Assembly: GCA_963847745.1 (NCBI GenBank)
Contig: CAWKAW010000007.1
Location: 46,506-110,505, forward strand
From: an uncultured cyanobacterium
GTDB lineage: Bacteria > Cyanobacteriota > Cyanobacteriia > PCC-6307 > Cyanobiaceae
DNA: 64,000 nucleotides
Direction: 5' to 3'
The number at the start of each line of letters is the position of its first letter. Within the stretch, counting starts at the first letter, position 1. Below, one piece after another: positions 1-9,723 of the stretch. A model generated the notes under the pieces. The model was not told the origin of the DNA. It saw only the letters and a program-made list of their open reading frames with translations, and did no database searches. The position numbers and the translations under genes were made by a program.

Positions 1-327
1 GTTCTTGCCGAACTGACCGGTGCGGTAGCCGAGCGGCTTGAGCAGCGAGGCGATGGTGGGATCCTCGGTGCGGTAGCCGAGCTCGGCACCGGGCAGGCCC
101 ACCTTGCTGAGGCCGGTGCGGAACACGCTCTGGCCGGAGATGAAGGCGGCCCGGCCGGCGGTGCAGCTCTGCTCGGCGTAGTAGTGGATGAAGCGGCCGC
201 CCTCCTTGGCCACGCGGTCGATGTTGGGGGTCTGGTACCCCATCAGCCCGTCGCTGTAGCAGCTCAGGTTGCTCTGGCCGATGTCATCGCCCCAGAGGAT
301 CAGGATGTTGGGTTGGCCGTTGGGCAT
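1..327 (-). CDS. Arylsulfatase (Cys-type, formylglycine-dependent), N-terminal part; runs off the window edge
   Basis: My translation of the minus strand from ATG 327: [43 protein letters not shown]...[14 protein letters not shown]...[11 protein letters not shown]. It has the NIL-x-x-x-GDD metal motif and the CxAxR sulfatase signature. Not in the ORF track. Confidence 0.93.
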   Translation of the reverse strand, partial: MPNGQPNILILWGDDIGQSNLSCYSDGLMGYQTPNIDRVAKEGGRFIHYYAEQSCTAGRAAFISGQSVFRTGLSKVGLPGAELGYRTEDPTIASLLKPLGYRTGQFGKN

Positions 328-468
328 GGCGGGCGGAAAACTGGCAGGAAGGTGAGCGGCCTGGAAAGGCCTGAATCAGGGTACCCGTGGCTGCGTTCCC
401 TGACGAGCCCGCTGACACAGAAGGGTGCTCCCTGCGACACGGCCGCGGCGTGCAGCCTCTGACGGACT

Positions 469-1362
469 TCAGGATGCGGGCCCCTGCCCCCCCCCGGCGA
501 GCCGGAGCCGCTTCTGCCAGCGCAGGAAGGGCATCGAGAGCAGGAGGGTCATCAGCAGATACACCAGGATGGCCAGGTTCACCGGGCCCTTGTCGCTGGA
601 ATAGAGGGAGGAGAAGAGCAGGGCGAGGCCCGGGTTCCGCATCGAGGTGACCAGCGCCACGGTGGTGCGTTCCTCCAGGTCCTTCCCGGCCAGGACGTAC
701 CCGATGACGAGCGCCGCCACCACCATGCCGGCCATGAAGGCCAGGGCCAGCCAGTTGGCGGCGGCGAAGGGAACGAGCAGCGGCGCGGTCTTCCACAGCA
801 CCAGGGCGATCATCGCCAGCAGCAGGCCGTTGGCGAGTTGGGCGAGGGGAAGTTCGAAGCGGTTGGCCAGGGCCGGGCGCCAGCGGCGCACCAGATGGCC
901 CAGCAGCAGGGGAAGCACCTGGGCCTGGACCACCTGCAGCGCCACCTGGGAGGGAAGGATGTCCCAGCCGTCCACCCGGTAGGCGGACCGGAACAGATCG
1001 GCCATCAGGGGGATCGAGACGATCGCCGTGATGGCGGCCCCCACCTGGAGCAGGGCCGCCAGCTCCCGGTCCCCCCCCTTCAGGCCCGCCTTGCGCAGGG
1101 TGAGGGGGGCGCTGGGGCTCAGGGCCATCAGGGCGATGCCGAACCGTGCCGACACCGAAAGATTCTGGGAGAGCGGCAGCTTCAGCAGCAGCAGGGCCAC
1201 CAGCGGCACCAGCAGACAGGAACCGATCAGCACCCGCAGGATCAGGGCGGGCCGTTGGCGCAGCACCAGCAGGGCCTGCCCCCGGATGCCGAGGCCCAGG
1301 GCGAACATGATCGAGAAGAGGGTGGCCTTGACCAGAAGGTCGACAGCCTGGGGAGGGGCCAT
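469..1362 (-). CDS. Bile acid:sodium symporter (BASS/SBF) family transporter
   Basis: About 9 hydrophobic segments, N-terminal MFALGL, PSAPL and the C-terminal TSMRNPGLAL motif typical of the SBF family. Confidence 0.8.
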   Translation of the reverse strand: MAPPQAVDLLVKATLFSIMFALGLGIRGQALLVLRQRPALILRVLIGSCLLVPLVALLLLKLPLSQNLSVSARFGIALMALSPSAPLTLRKAGLKGGDRELAALLQVGAAITAIVSIPLMADLFRSAYRVDGWDILPSQVALQVVQAQVLPLLLGHLVRRWRPALANRFELPLAQLANGLLLAMIALVLWKTAPLLVPFAAANWLALAFMAGMVVAALVIGYVLAGKDLEERTTVALVTSMRNPGLALLFSSLYSSDKGPVNLAILVYLLMTLLLSMPFLRWQKRLRLAGGGQGPAS

Positions 1363-1413
1363 GGAAGGGGATGAAAGGGGCGGCGAGAAAAACGCTGGGG
1401 AGGCAACAGTGCC

Positions 1414-1797
1414 TCAGGCATTGATGGCTGACGCCGCCAGCAGGGCCAGGGCGAAGACGCCGATCAGGGTGATCAGCACGGCGGTCGCCGTGGCGATCGA
1501 AGTCGTGTGGCGGTAGACGAACTCATCGGAGACGATCCGGCGCAGCACCCGGCGATGCTGCACGGTGGCCGAGGCCATCGCCAGGATGCCCGTCAACACG
1601 AAGCCCACGGCCACCAGCCGCACCCCCATTTCCACATGGGGTCTGCCGTTGGCTCCCTGGCGGTTGATCGCGGCGATGATCTTGTCGAGGCCGAAGCCGA
1701 AGCTGATCAGGGAGAGGCAGGTGCGGATCCAGGCCATCAGCGTGCGCTCGGCCGCGGCACGGTTGCGCTCCTTGGCCAGTTCGTTGGTGAGATTCAT
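1414..1797 (-). CDS. DUF202 (YidH-like) membrane protein
   Basis: LAKERNRAAAERTLMAWIRTCLSLISFGFG matches the YidH/DUF202 signature. Start set at ATG 1797 inside the longer track ORF; 4-bp overlap with the upstream gene. Confidence 0.88.
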   Translation of the reverse strand: MNLTNELAKERNRAAAERTLMAWIRTCLSLISFGFGLDKIIAAINRQGANGRPHVEMGVRLVAVGFVLTGILAMASATVQHRRVLRRIVSDEFVYRHTTSIATATAVLITLIGVFALALLAASAINA

Positions 1798-2228
1798 GGC
1801 TGGCTGGGGGAGGAACGGGCCTCCCGCTGGTCCTCGAGTCTCAGTTCGTTCTCGATCTCCCTCCCCAGGAACACGTTCAGGAAGGTCCGGATCACGGCCA
1901 CCACGGCAAGACGCACCAGATTCTGCTCGGAGGCGCTGGTTGTGGTGGCCACGATGTCGGCCCCGAGCTGGAATTCCAGGGCCAGGGCCAGCCAGCTGCC
2001 GAAGGTGAGGCGGGCCCGGTTGGACGGCCGGATCGGAAACGGACGGCCGATCCTGGGCAGCGCCTGGCGGGACATCACCAGCAGCCCGCTGAGCACGGTG
2101 AGCACCGAGAGGCACTCGAGCACCAGCCGCACGGCGATGCTCAGGGGGATCAGGAACCCCTCCACCACCTCCACGGGCCCCTCGGATGCCAGGAGGAGGA
2201 GGGGCGGGTACGGCGGCAGGGCGTCCAA
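1794..2228 (-). CDS. DUF1622 membrane protein
   Basis: FGSWLALALEFQLGADIVATT...AVIRTFLNVFLGREIE matches the DUF1622 pattern. Confidence 0.88.
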   Translation of the reverse strand: MDALPPYPPLLLLASEGPVEVVEGFLIPLSIAVRLVLECLSVLTVLSGLLVMSRQALPRIGRPFPIRPSNRARLTFGSWLALALEFQLGADIVATTTSASEQNLVRLAVVAVIRTFLNVFLGREIENELRLEDQREARSSPSQP

Positions 2229-2327
2229 TGGATCCGTTCACGTGGGTCCCAGTCTGCAGGAGGCTGGGCCATTCCTCCCAGGGGACCCCATGCCGATCCT
2301 CCCCTGCACCCTTGCTGGCTCCCCTCC

Positions 2328-3491
2328 ATGGCGATCCGTTTCTCCCCCCTTGAGAACGACCTGCCGAGCCGCTGGCAGCGCCGCCTCGGCCTGATGCCCC
2401 CCCAGGGCCTGGCCACGCTGCCCCGGGCCCTCGGTCTCGCCCTGTTCGCCTGGCTTCCCATCCTGGGGTGGGCCCTGCTGCAGGGCAGGGCCCTGCCCGG
2501 CACCCGTTCCGAGGCGCTCTTCGCTCACTACGGCGTGGTGGTCACCTGTGTGGTGGCCATCCCCCTGCTCGTCCTGTGCGAGGAGCTGGCCGAGGCCATG
2601 GGCCGCCGGGTGTTCCCCCAGTTCGTCGCCAGTGAGCTCGTGCAGGGAGCTCAGAAGACCCGCTTCGAGGCGATCCTTCACCGCTTCGGCCGTGTGCGGG
2701 AACACATGCTCCCCTGGCTGGTGATCCTCAGCGTGGTGGCGCTCGTGTTGGGCGCCCCCGCCCCGGGCAGCCTTCTGGACCTGACGTGGGCACGGAAGGA
2801 AGGGGGCGGACTGGGATTCGGAGGCCTGTGGTTCCTCTGGGTGGCACGGCCCATCTATCTCACCCTGCTGCTGGCGTGGCTGTGGAGACTGCTGCTGATG
2901 GTGCGGCTCTGCGAGCGGATCGCGCGGCTGGATCTGCGCCTCGTGCCCACCCATCCCGACCGCAGCCTCGGGCTTGCCTTTCTCGAAGAACTTCCCGAGG
3001 GCTTCTCCCTTGTGGCCCTCTCCGTGTCGTCGGTCCTGTCCGCCCGCTGGGCCTACCTCCTGGTAGATCAGAGGGTGAGCCTGGCGGAGCTGAAGCAACC
3101 CTTCGCCCTGTTCCTGGTGCTGGCCACCCTGCTGCTGCTCTCACCTCTGCTGGCCTTCGCACCGAAGCTCATCCAGGCGCGGCGCCGGGCCCTGCGGGAC
3201 TACGGCGCGCTGGTGGGCCGGCACGGACATCTCGTGCACCAGCGCTGGATCGAGGGGAGAAGCCCGGACTCCCGCAAGCCGGGCGAAGCGATCCTGGATG
3301 CCCCGGAGCTCGGACCGGTCGCGGATGTCGCCGTGCTCTACGAGTCCGTGCGGGCCAGCCGGCGTTCCCCGGTCAGCCTCCGGGCGCTGCTGACCGTGCT
3401 GGTGCCCCTGGTGATCCCCCCCCTGGTGGTGCTCGCCACCCAGATCCCCCTCCAGGAGATCCTGCTCACCATCGGCGAAGCGATCCTGTGA
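2328..3491 (+). CDS. Multi-pass membrane protein of unknown function
   Basis: 387 aa with host-like codon usage, several TM helices and conserved-looking motifs (LRLVPTHPDRSLGLAFL, LGPVADVAVLYESV). Confidence 0.75.
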   Translation: MAIRFSPLENDLPSRWQRRLGLMPPQGLATLPRALGLALFAWLPILGWALLQGRALPGTRSEALFAHYGVVVTCVVAIPLLVLCEELAEAMGRRVFPQFVASELVQGAQKTRFEAILHRFGRVREHMLPWLVILSVVALVLGAPAPGSLLDLTWARKEGGGLGFGGLWFLWVARPIYLTLLLAWLWRLLLMVRLCERIARLDLRLVPTHPDRSLGLAFLEELPEGFSLVALSVSSVLSARWAYLLVDQRVSLAELKQPFALFLVLATLLLLSPLLAFAPKLIQARRRALRDYGALVGRHGHLVHQRWIEGRSPDSRKPGEAILDAPELGPVADVAVLYESVRASRRSPVSLRALLTVLVPLVIPPLVVLATQIPLQEILLTIGEAIL

Positions 3492-3578
3492 GCAGCGGGT
3501 GGCACAGGACTCCGGGGCGGAGCGCCATCGCTACCTTGCAGGCGGATCCACTCGATGCGCACCCTGTCGCGATTGACG

Positions 3579-4526
3579 ATGTATTTCCATGTGCGCCACG
3601 CCCTGCACTATGCCTATGAAAAGGCGGTGTTCCTGGAGCCGATCACCCTGCGGCTCACCCCCCGCCAGGACATGACCCAGAGGCGGCTGGAGTATGCCCT
3701 GAGGATCAGCGAGCCTCCCTCCGGCCAGAGCGCCGTGCTGGATCCGGATGGCAACGAAGCCCAGGTGCTCTGGTTCCATGACCTGCGCGACTCCCTCTCC
3801 ATCGAGGTGGAGATGGTGGCGGAGACCCTGCGGGACAACCCCTTCGACTGGATCGTGACCCACGAAGGGGCCAGGCGCCTGCCCGTTCGCTACCCGGAGG
3901 CGGAGAGCACCTCCCTGGCCCCGGCCCTTTCGCCCGGCGGCATCGCCGACCCGATCCAGCGCTGGGCCCGGGAACTGGCCGAGGCCGTGGACCACGACAC
4001 AACGGACTTCCTCATGCACCTGGCCGACACGATCCACCATGGTTTCCACCATGTGGGCCGGCCGGATGGCGATCCCCAGACCCCGGAGCAGACCCTGATC
4101 GGGCGCACCGGTGCCTGCCGGGACACGGCCATGCTCTACGTGGAGGCCTGCCGCAGCCTGGGGCTGGCGGCTCGCTTCGTGAGCGGATACTCCATGCACC
4201 ACCCGCCGGAGGTGAGCGAGCACGAGCTGCATGCCTGGGCGGAGGTCTACCTGCCCGGAGGAGGCTGGCGGGGCTATGACCCGAGCCTGGGTCTCGCCGT
4301 GGCCGATGGCCATCTGGTGCTCGCCGCCGCGCCCGACCACCGCCTGGCAGCGCCGGTGACGGGCCGCTATCGCGGAACCGGTGTGAGCTCCCAGATGCGT
4401 TACACAGTTGAATTGCGCGCCGCTGAGAGCCAGCTCGAGCTCACCAGCCAGGTGGAGAAGAGCCCGATCCGACTCGCGCCGATGGAGGAATGGCTGGATG
4501 GCCAGCTCGAACCCAGCACCCGCTGA
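3579..4526 (+). CDS. Transglutaminase family protein (bacterial transglutaminase N-terminal domain plus core)
   Basis: N-terminal FHVRHALHYAY...LRLTPR; Cys-His-Asp triad in GACRD / HAWAEVYLP / GWRGYDP; ARFVSGY. Confidence 0.9.
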   Translation: MYFHVRHALHYAYEKAVFLEPITLRLTPRQDMTQRRLEYALRISEPPSGQSAVLDPDGNEAQVLWFHDLRDSLSIEVEMVAETLRDNPFDWIVTHEGARRLPVRYPEAESTSLAPALSPGGIADPIQRWARELAEAVDHDTTDFLMHLADTIHHGFHHVGRPDGDPQTPEQTLIGRTGACRDTAMLYVEACRSLGLAARFVSGYSMHHPPEVSEHELHAWAEVYLPGGGWRGYDPSLGLAVADGHLVLAAAPDHRLAAPVTGRYRGTGVSSQMRYTVELRAAESQLELTSQVEKSPIRLAPMEEWLDGQLEPSTR

Positions 4527-4539
4527 ATGTGTTCCCATG

Positions 4540-4570
4540 AAAAAAGGAGGGGGCATTCGCTCCCCCTCCT
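4540..4570 (-). terminator. Rho-independent terminator downstream of fba
   Basis: 9-bp stem AGGAGGGGG/CCCCCTCCT (4545-4570) with an A-run at 4540-4545, which reads as a U-tail on the minus strand. It lies between convergent genes. Confidence 0.75.
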
Positions 4571-4632
4571 CCTGAGCCGACGACAGACCGCGGGACGATC
4601 GCTCAGAACGCCGGTCGCGGATCCGCTGAGGA

Positions 4633-5706
4633 TCAGGCCGCCACTGCGGTCTTGGGATCGAGAGCGCCCTTGGCGTAGAGATCGGCGTAGTAGTTGATGT
4701 TCTGCTGCTTGATCTTGCTGGCGTTGCCGGCACACCAGAACTGCTGGTAGCGATCCAGGCACACTTTCTTCATGTAGGCCCGGGCGGGCTTGTTGAAGTG
4801 ACGGGGATCGAAGTTGGCGGGATCCTTGGCGGCTGCCTCCCGCACGGCGGCGGTGAAGGCGAGGCGGTTGTCGGTGTCGATGTTCACCTTGCGAACGCCG
4901 TTGCGGATGCCTTCCTGGATCTCCTCCACGGGCACGCCGTAGGTCTCGGGGATGGCACCGCCATACTTGTTGATCATGTCCAGCCATTCCTGGGGAACGG
5001 AACTGGAGCCGTGCATCACCAGGTGGGTGTTGGGCAGGGCCTTGTGGATCTCGGCGATGCGGCTGATCGCCAGCACCTCGCCCGTGGGCTTGCGGGTGAA
5101 CTTGTAGGCGCCGTGGCTGGTGCCGATGGCGATGGCCAGGGCATCCACCCTGGTCTTGGCCACGAAGTCGGCGGCCTCGGCGGGATCGGTGAGCAGCTGG
5201 TCGTGGGAGAGGGCGCCCTCGAAGCCGTGGCCATCCTCGGCCTCACCCTTGCCGGTCTCGAGGGATCCCAGGCAACCCAGTTCTCCTTCCACACTCACAC
5301 CCACGGAGTGGGCCACATCCACCACTTCCTTGGTGACGGCCACGTTGTAGTCGTAACTGGCGGGGGTCTTGGCGTCGGCCTCGAGGGATCCATCCATCAT
5401 CACGGAGGTGAAGCCGTTGGTGATGGCACCGAAACAGGTGGCGGGGCTGTTGCCGTGATCCTGGTGCATCACCACCGGGATGTCGGGATAGGTCTCCACC
5501 GCGGCGAGGATGAGATGGCGCAGGAAGTTCTCCCCGGCGTACTGACGGGCACCGCGGGAGGCCTGCAGGATCACGGGGCTGTCGGTTTCGTGGGCAGCCT
5601 CCATGATCGACTGCACCTGCTCCAGGTTGTTCACGTTGAAGGCAGGAATGCCGTAGCCGTTTTCTGCGGCATGGTCGAGCAGCAGGCGAAGCGGTACGAG
5701 CGCCAT
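4633..5706 (-). CDS. fba: Fructose-bisphosphate aldolase class II (cbbA type)
   Basis: [56 protein letters not shown]. Confidence 0.98.
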   Translation of the reverse strand: MALVPLRLLLDHAAENGYGIPAFNVNNLEQVQSIMEAAHETDSPVILQASRGARQYAGENFLRHLILAAVETYPDIPVVMHQDHGNSPATCFGAITNGFTSVMMDGSLEADAKTPASYDYNVAVTKEVVDVAHSVGVSVEGELGCLGSLETGKGEAEDGHGFEGALSHDQLLTDPAEAADFVAKTRVDALAIAIGTSHGAYKFTRKPTGEVLAISRIAEIHKALPNTHLVMHGSSSVPQEWLDMINKYGGAIPETYGVPVEEIQEGIRNGVRKVNIDTDNRLAFTAAVREAAAKDPANFDPRHFNKPARAYMKKVCLDRYQQFWCAGNASKIKQQNINYYADLYAKGALDPKTAVAA

Positions 5707-5856
5707 GGGGAAAAACCTCGCGGGGATGGGGGAAACGGGTTGCGGTGAACCGGGTGCCGGCGGACCGGGGTGTCGGTGGACCGATGAGAAGGTTCGGGGA
5801 GGAACCGGATGAGGATCACGGCCGGAGAAGCGGCCCACCTCGCTCAGAGGCGGAGT

Positions 5857-6981
5857 CTACGGGATCTCCTTGCCGCCACGGCCCCAGTCCCGGGCCGTGG
5901 CCCGTGCCTCGTCGCAGCAGAGCTGGCTGCTCACCGCTTCCGCCAGCCCCGGAATCATGGGCCGGCCCTGGCGGATCGCCTCTGCCCACCAGCCGGTGAG
6001 ACGGGCCACGGGAGCGATCCTCCCATCCTCCCAGGTGCGTCCGAAGGCGAGGGCCGGATCGGCAGGCACCGCCCGCAGGGGCTCCCCGGGGCGGGCCATC
6101 CAGAGCTGGAAGCCATGCACGTAATCGGCCTGATTGGCCGAGCCCAGCACCAGGGTGGCTTCGCTGCCGTAGAGCTCGATCCAGCAGCCCCTTCCCGCCC
6201 GCGTCACCGAGGAGAGATTCAACTGGGCCGGCACGGTGCGGCCGAGCCGATCCTGCAGCTCGAACTGGACCAGGGCGATGTCCTCCGCATCCACCGGGGC
6301 CATGCGGCCGCTGCCATCCGCCAGGGGTCGCTCGCCGATGGCCGTGCGCAGACAGGCCTGCAGCGACCGGCTGGGCCCCACCAGCCAGTGCAGGATGTCG
6401 AAGGCATGGGTGCCCAGGGCTCCCAGCACCCCTCCCCCCGCTTCGGCCTGGCTGTACCAGTTCCAGGGCCTGCTGGCATCGGCCCGGCTGCCCATCAGCC
6501 AGTCGAACCGCACCAGCCAGGGCTCTCCCAGCACACCCTGGGCCAGAAGGGCTTCCAGCTGCTGGAACAGGGGAACCGCCCGATATTCGAAATCCACCGC
6601 CACCCGCAGGTCGCCCTGCAGGGCCTGGCGCTGCAGCGACTGCACCTGCTCGGCATCGAGCCCCACCGGTTTTTCGAGCAGCAGGTGCTTGCCCGCCTCC
6701 AGGGCCGCCCGGGCCAGGGCGTAGCGGGGCTGGGGCGGTGTGGCGATCACGATCGCATCGATGCCGGGCGAGCGGAGCAGGGCCTCGAAGTCGCTGAATC
6801 CCTCCAGGCCGCTGCTGCGGCAGGCCGCCTCCAGCCGCTCCGGCCGGGGATGCCAGAGCGCCACCGGCTCGGTGCCGGGGCAGTCCCGCAGGGCCGGCAG
6901 ATGAACCTTCTCACCGAAACCGAGCCCGGCGATGGCCACCTTCAGGGGAGCGTCAGCCACGGCCGGCACCGGAGCGGGCAT
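5857..6981 (-). CDS. Gfo/Idh/MocA family oxidoreductase
   Basis: KVAIAGLGFG Rossmann motif, HLLLEKPV, GGGVLGALGTHAFD. Start uncertain (ATG 6981 or GTG 6960). Confidence 0.88.
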   Translation of the reverse strand: MPAPVPAVADAPLKVAIAGLGFGEKVHLPALRDCPGTEPVALWHPRPERLEAACRSSGLEGFSDFEALLRSPGIDAIVIATPPQPRYALARAALEAGKHLLLEKPVGLDAEQVQSLQRQALQGDLRVAVDFEYRAVPLFQQLEALLAQGVLGEPWLVRFDWLMGSRADASRPWNWYSQAEAGGGVLGALGTHAFDILHWLVGPSRSLQACLRTAIGERPLADGSGRMAPVDAEDIALVQFELQDRLGRTVPAQLNLSSVTRAGRGCWIELYGSEATLVLGSANQADYVHGFQLWMARPGEPLRAVPADPALAFGRTWEDGRIAPVARLTGWWAEAIRQGRPMIPGLAEAVSSQLCCDEARATARDWGRGGKEIP

Positions 6982-7474
6982 CGGCCAGGAGGGAGGCCCC
7001 TGCCCCGCAGGCGGCCCGCAGGGTGCGGGTGGTGAGCTCATCTGCCGCTGCGGCCTGCCATTCGGCCCGCAGTCGGGGGATGCCGTTCACCGAGGTGTCC
7101 CGGTAGAGCTCCTGCTCGCAATCGAGCTGCATCACATAGAGGCTGCCGCGGAGCGGCCGGCTCCTGGCGTTGCCTCCATCCCCGGCCCCGTTCCCTTCCT
7201 CCCGTGCCTCCTCCTCTGTTGCCTGTGCCGGTTGAAAGCGGCTGAGCACCGTGAGCCGGCCCTGCCGGTCCACCCGCAGACTGCCCGCGTCCCACCACTG
7301 GCGTCCCCGGGCCGAGGCCGGCACCTCCTGCCAGTCGACCGGTCCGGCCCAGGCCGGAGCAGGGCTCACCAGGAATCCAAGGGACAGCTGAACCGCCAGC
7401 GCCAGGCCCACCAGGGCGAACCTCAGGCCTGCCGGCAGCACCTGCCTTTCCCTCCCTGGGGATCGGCGCCTCAT
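6953..7474 (-). CDS. Conserved picocyanobacterial exported hypothetical protein
   Basis: Signal peptide ending PAWA, then GPVDWQEVP...QWWDAGSLR...[19 protein letters not shown]; 4-bp overlap with the accD stop. Confidence 0.72.
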   Translation of the reverse strand: MRRRSPGRERQVLPAGLRFALVGLALAVQLSLGFLVSPAPAWAGPVDWQEVPASARGRQWWDAGSLRVDRQGRLTVLSRFQPAQATEEEAREEGNGAGDGGNARSRPLRGSLYVMQLDCEQELYRDTSVNGIPRLRAEWQAAAADELTTRTLRAACGAGASLLADARSGAGRG

Positions 7475-8361
7475 GGTGCCAGCACCTGGCTGCGGCGGGC
7501 ACTGCCATGGAGCTGGAGGAGCTGGGCCAGGGTGGCGCGCAGCTCGGTGCGGGGAACGATCGCGTCCACGAAACCGTGATCCTGCAGGTATTCGGCGGTC
7601 TGGAACCCTTCCGGCAGCTTCTCCCGCAGGGTCTGCTCGATCACCCGGCGACCGGCGAAGCCGATCAGGGCCTTCGGCTCGGCGAGGATCAGATCACCCA
7701 GCATCGCGAAGCTGGCGGTCACCCCACCGGTGGTCGGGTGGGTGAGCAGGGGCAGATAGAGCAGTTCGGCGCGGCGGTGACGCTCCAGGGCTCCGGAGAT
7801 CTTGGCCATCTGCATCAGGCTGAGCATGCCCTCCTGCATCCGGGCCCCGCCCGAGGCACACACGATCAGGAGGGGATAGCGACGAGCCGTGGCGATCTCG
7901 ATCAGCCGGGTGAGCTTCTCCCCCACCACCGATCCCATCGACCCCCCCATGAAGCGGAAGTCCATCACTCCCAGGGCGAGGGGGATGCCCTCCAGCCGGC
8001 AGAGGCCCGTCACAACGGCATCCCGGAGGCCGGTGGCCTGCTGACTGTCCCGCAGGCGATCGGCATAGCTGCGCCGGTCCTTGAAGGCGAGGGGGTCGCT
8101 GGGGGAGAGGTCGGCGTGGAGGTTCTCGAAGCTGCCCGGATCGGCGATCAGCCGGATCCTCTCCTCGCTGTCGATGCGCTGATGGTGGCCGCAGCCCTTG
8201 CAGACGTGGGCATTGGCGGCGAGATCCTTGCGGTACACCACCAGGCCGCACTCCGGGCACTTGCTCCAGAGGCCATCCCCCTCATCGGGGTCAGGGCTCT
8301 TGCTGGAGCGGACCACCGGTGACTGCTTGCGGCGATCGGCGAACCAGTCGAACAGCGACAT
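7471..8361 (-). CDS. accD: Acetyl-CoA carboxylase carboxyltransferase beta subunit
   Basis: C4 zinc finger (KCPEC...VCKGC), [36 protein letters not shown]. Confidence 0.98.
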   Translation of the reverse strand: MSLFDWFADRRKQSPVVRSSKSPDPDEGDGLWSKCPECGLVVYRKDLAANAHVCKGCGHHQRIDSEERIRLIADPGSFENLHADLSPSDPLAFKDRRSYADRLRDSQQATGLRDAVVTGLCRLEGIPLALGVMDFRFMGGSMGSVVGEKLTRLIEIATARRYPLLIVCASGGARMQEGMLSLMQMAKISGALERHRRAELLYLPLLTHPTTGGVTASFAMLGDLILAEPKALIGFAGRRVIEQTLREKLPEGFQTAEYLQDHGFVDAIVPRTELRATLAQLLQLHGSARRSQVLAP

Positions 8362-8415
8362 CGAGGGGAGAAGCGGGAAACCGGTGAGGGAAAGGGAAAG
8401 GTCGCACCCGCTCCA

Positions 8416-9252
8416 TTAAACGCCCGGAGAGAGGAACGCCAGCCAGGGCCGGACTCCACCGATCCAGGTGGCCAGGGCACCGGCTGCCAGGAAGGGGCCG
8501 AAGGGAAAGGGCTGGCCGGGAGGAAGCCTGCCGCTGAGCCGGCCGATCGAACCGAAGAAGGCTCCGGCCACCACCGCCAGGGCAACGGCCACCGCCAGAC
8601 CCGCCGGTCCGAGCCAGGCCCCCATCAGGGCCGCGAGCTTGGCGTCGCCGAGGCCCAGGGCCGGGCGTCCCATCAGCTTCTGCGCCAGGGCGCTGAGGGC
8701 CTCGAACCCCAGCAGACCCAGGGCTGCCGCCAGCAGATGGTTGCTCACCAGCTCCCGGATCGGAGAGGGATCCTGGAGGAGACCCACCAGAGCGGTGACG
8801 ACGATTCCCAGCACCAGTCCCCAGCGGCAGAGGACCTCGGGAAGCCAGAGGCGATCGAGATCGATCAGCACAAGGGGGACCAGCCAGCTCACCAGCAGCC
8901 AGCCGGCGATCAGCACCAGCCACGGATTCGGAGCGGCACCCATCCCTTCGGGCCGGGCTGCCAGCATCACGACCCAGAGGCCGCTGCAGAGCAGTTCCAC
9001 CAGGGGATAGCGGGAAGAGATCCGCCCGTGGCAATGGCGGCAGCGACCCCGAAGCAGCAACCAGCCCAGCACCGGCAGATTTTCGCTCCAGGAAAGGGAG
9101 CTGCCGCAGCGGGGGCAGTGGCTGCCGGGCCAGAGCAGGGATTCCTCCCGCGGCAGCCGCCAGGCCACCACATTGAGGAAACTGCCCACACAGGCCCCGA
9201 CCAGGGCGGCGGCGATCGCCAGGGCTGGGGACTGGGGAAGCTGGGAGATCAC
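8416..9252 (-). CDS. pilD: Prepilin peptidase / N-methyltransferase (A24)
   Basis: GSFLNVVAWRLP, SHCPRC...NLPVLGWLLLRGRCRHC, IDLD and GLGDAKL aspartate motifs, PFGPFLA. Confidence 0.95.
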   Translation of the reverse strand: MISQLPQSPALAIAAALVGACVGSFLNVVAWRLPREESLLWPGSHCPRCGSSLSWSENLPVLGWLLLRGRCRHCHGRISSRYPLVELLCSGLWVVMLAARPEGMGAAPNPWLVLIAGWLLVSWLVPLVLIDLDRLWLPEVLCRWGLVLGIVVTALVGLLQDPSPIRELVSNHLLAAALGLLGFEALSALAQKLMGRPALGLGDAKLAALMGAWLGPAGLAVAVALAVVAGAFFGSIGRLSGRLPPGQPFPFGPFLAAGALATWIGGVRPWLAFLSPGV

Positions 9253-9255
9253 CGT

Positions 9256-9513
9256 TCAGGCCAGACCCCGCCCCAGGGCGGCACGACCGCCGCGGGGCCG
9301 GGGACTGGGGCGGGTCCGCACCAGATCGATCGGGACGAACTGCTCGTCGGGTAGGAGCACCGGGGTCTCGAAGACGACCCGGCCCTGGGAGGACTCCCCG
9401 ACCAGCACCACCCCCAGCGGTTCGTTGGCCACCACGCCGGTGGTGAGGTGGCGGAAATAGATCTGACGGGCCGCGTGAAGCAGCTGGCGGCTGTTGATGC
9501 GATCGAGGCGCAA
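9256..9513 (-). CDS. Small conserved picocyanobacterial hypothetical protein
   Basis: AARQIYFRHL...GRVVFETPVLLPDEQFVP. TTG 9513 is preferred over the track start at 9672, which runs through intergenic-looking sequence. Confidence 0.65.
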   Translation of the reverse strand: MRLDRINSRQLLHAARQIYFRHLTTGVVANEPLGVVLVGESSQGRVVFETPVLLPDEQFVPIDLVRTRPSPRPRGGRAALGRGLA

Positions 9514-9723
9514 TCCGCTTCCGGGGAGGGTCGCCCCAGAGGTGCCCGAGCCCCATACCGACTCGCGCCGCTCAGCGCGAATCAGGAAGGAAGGTCCGAT
9601 CCGGGAGGAGCGGACGTCATGCTCGGCAGGGCTCGAGGGAAGTGCGATAGGCCGGTGGTGACGGTGCATCACCTGACGATTCCGGTGAGTTTAGAATGGA
9701 ATCCTTGATCGGGCCAGGGATCT

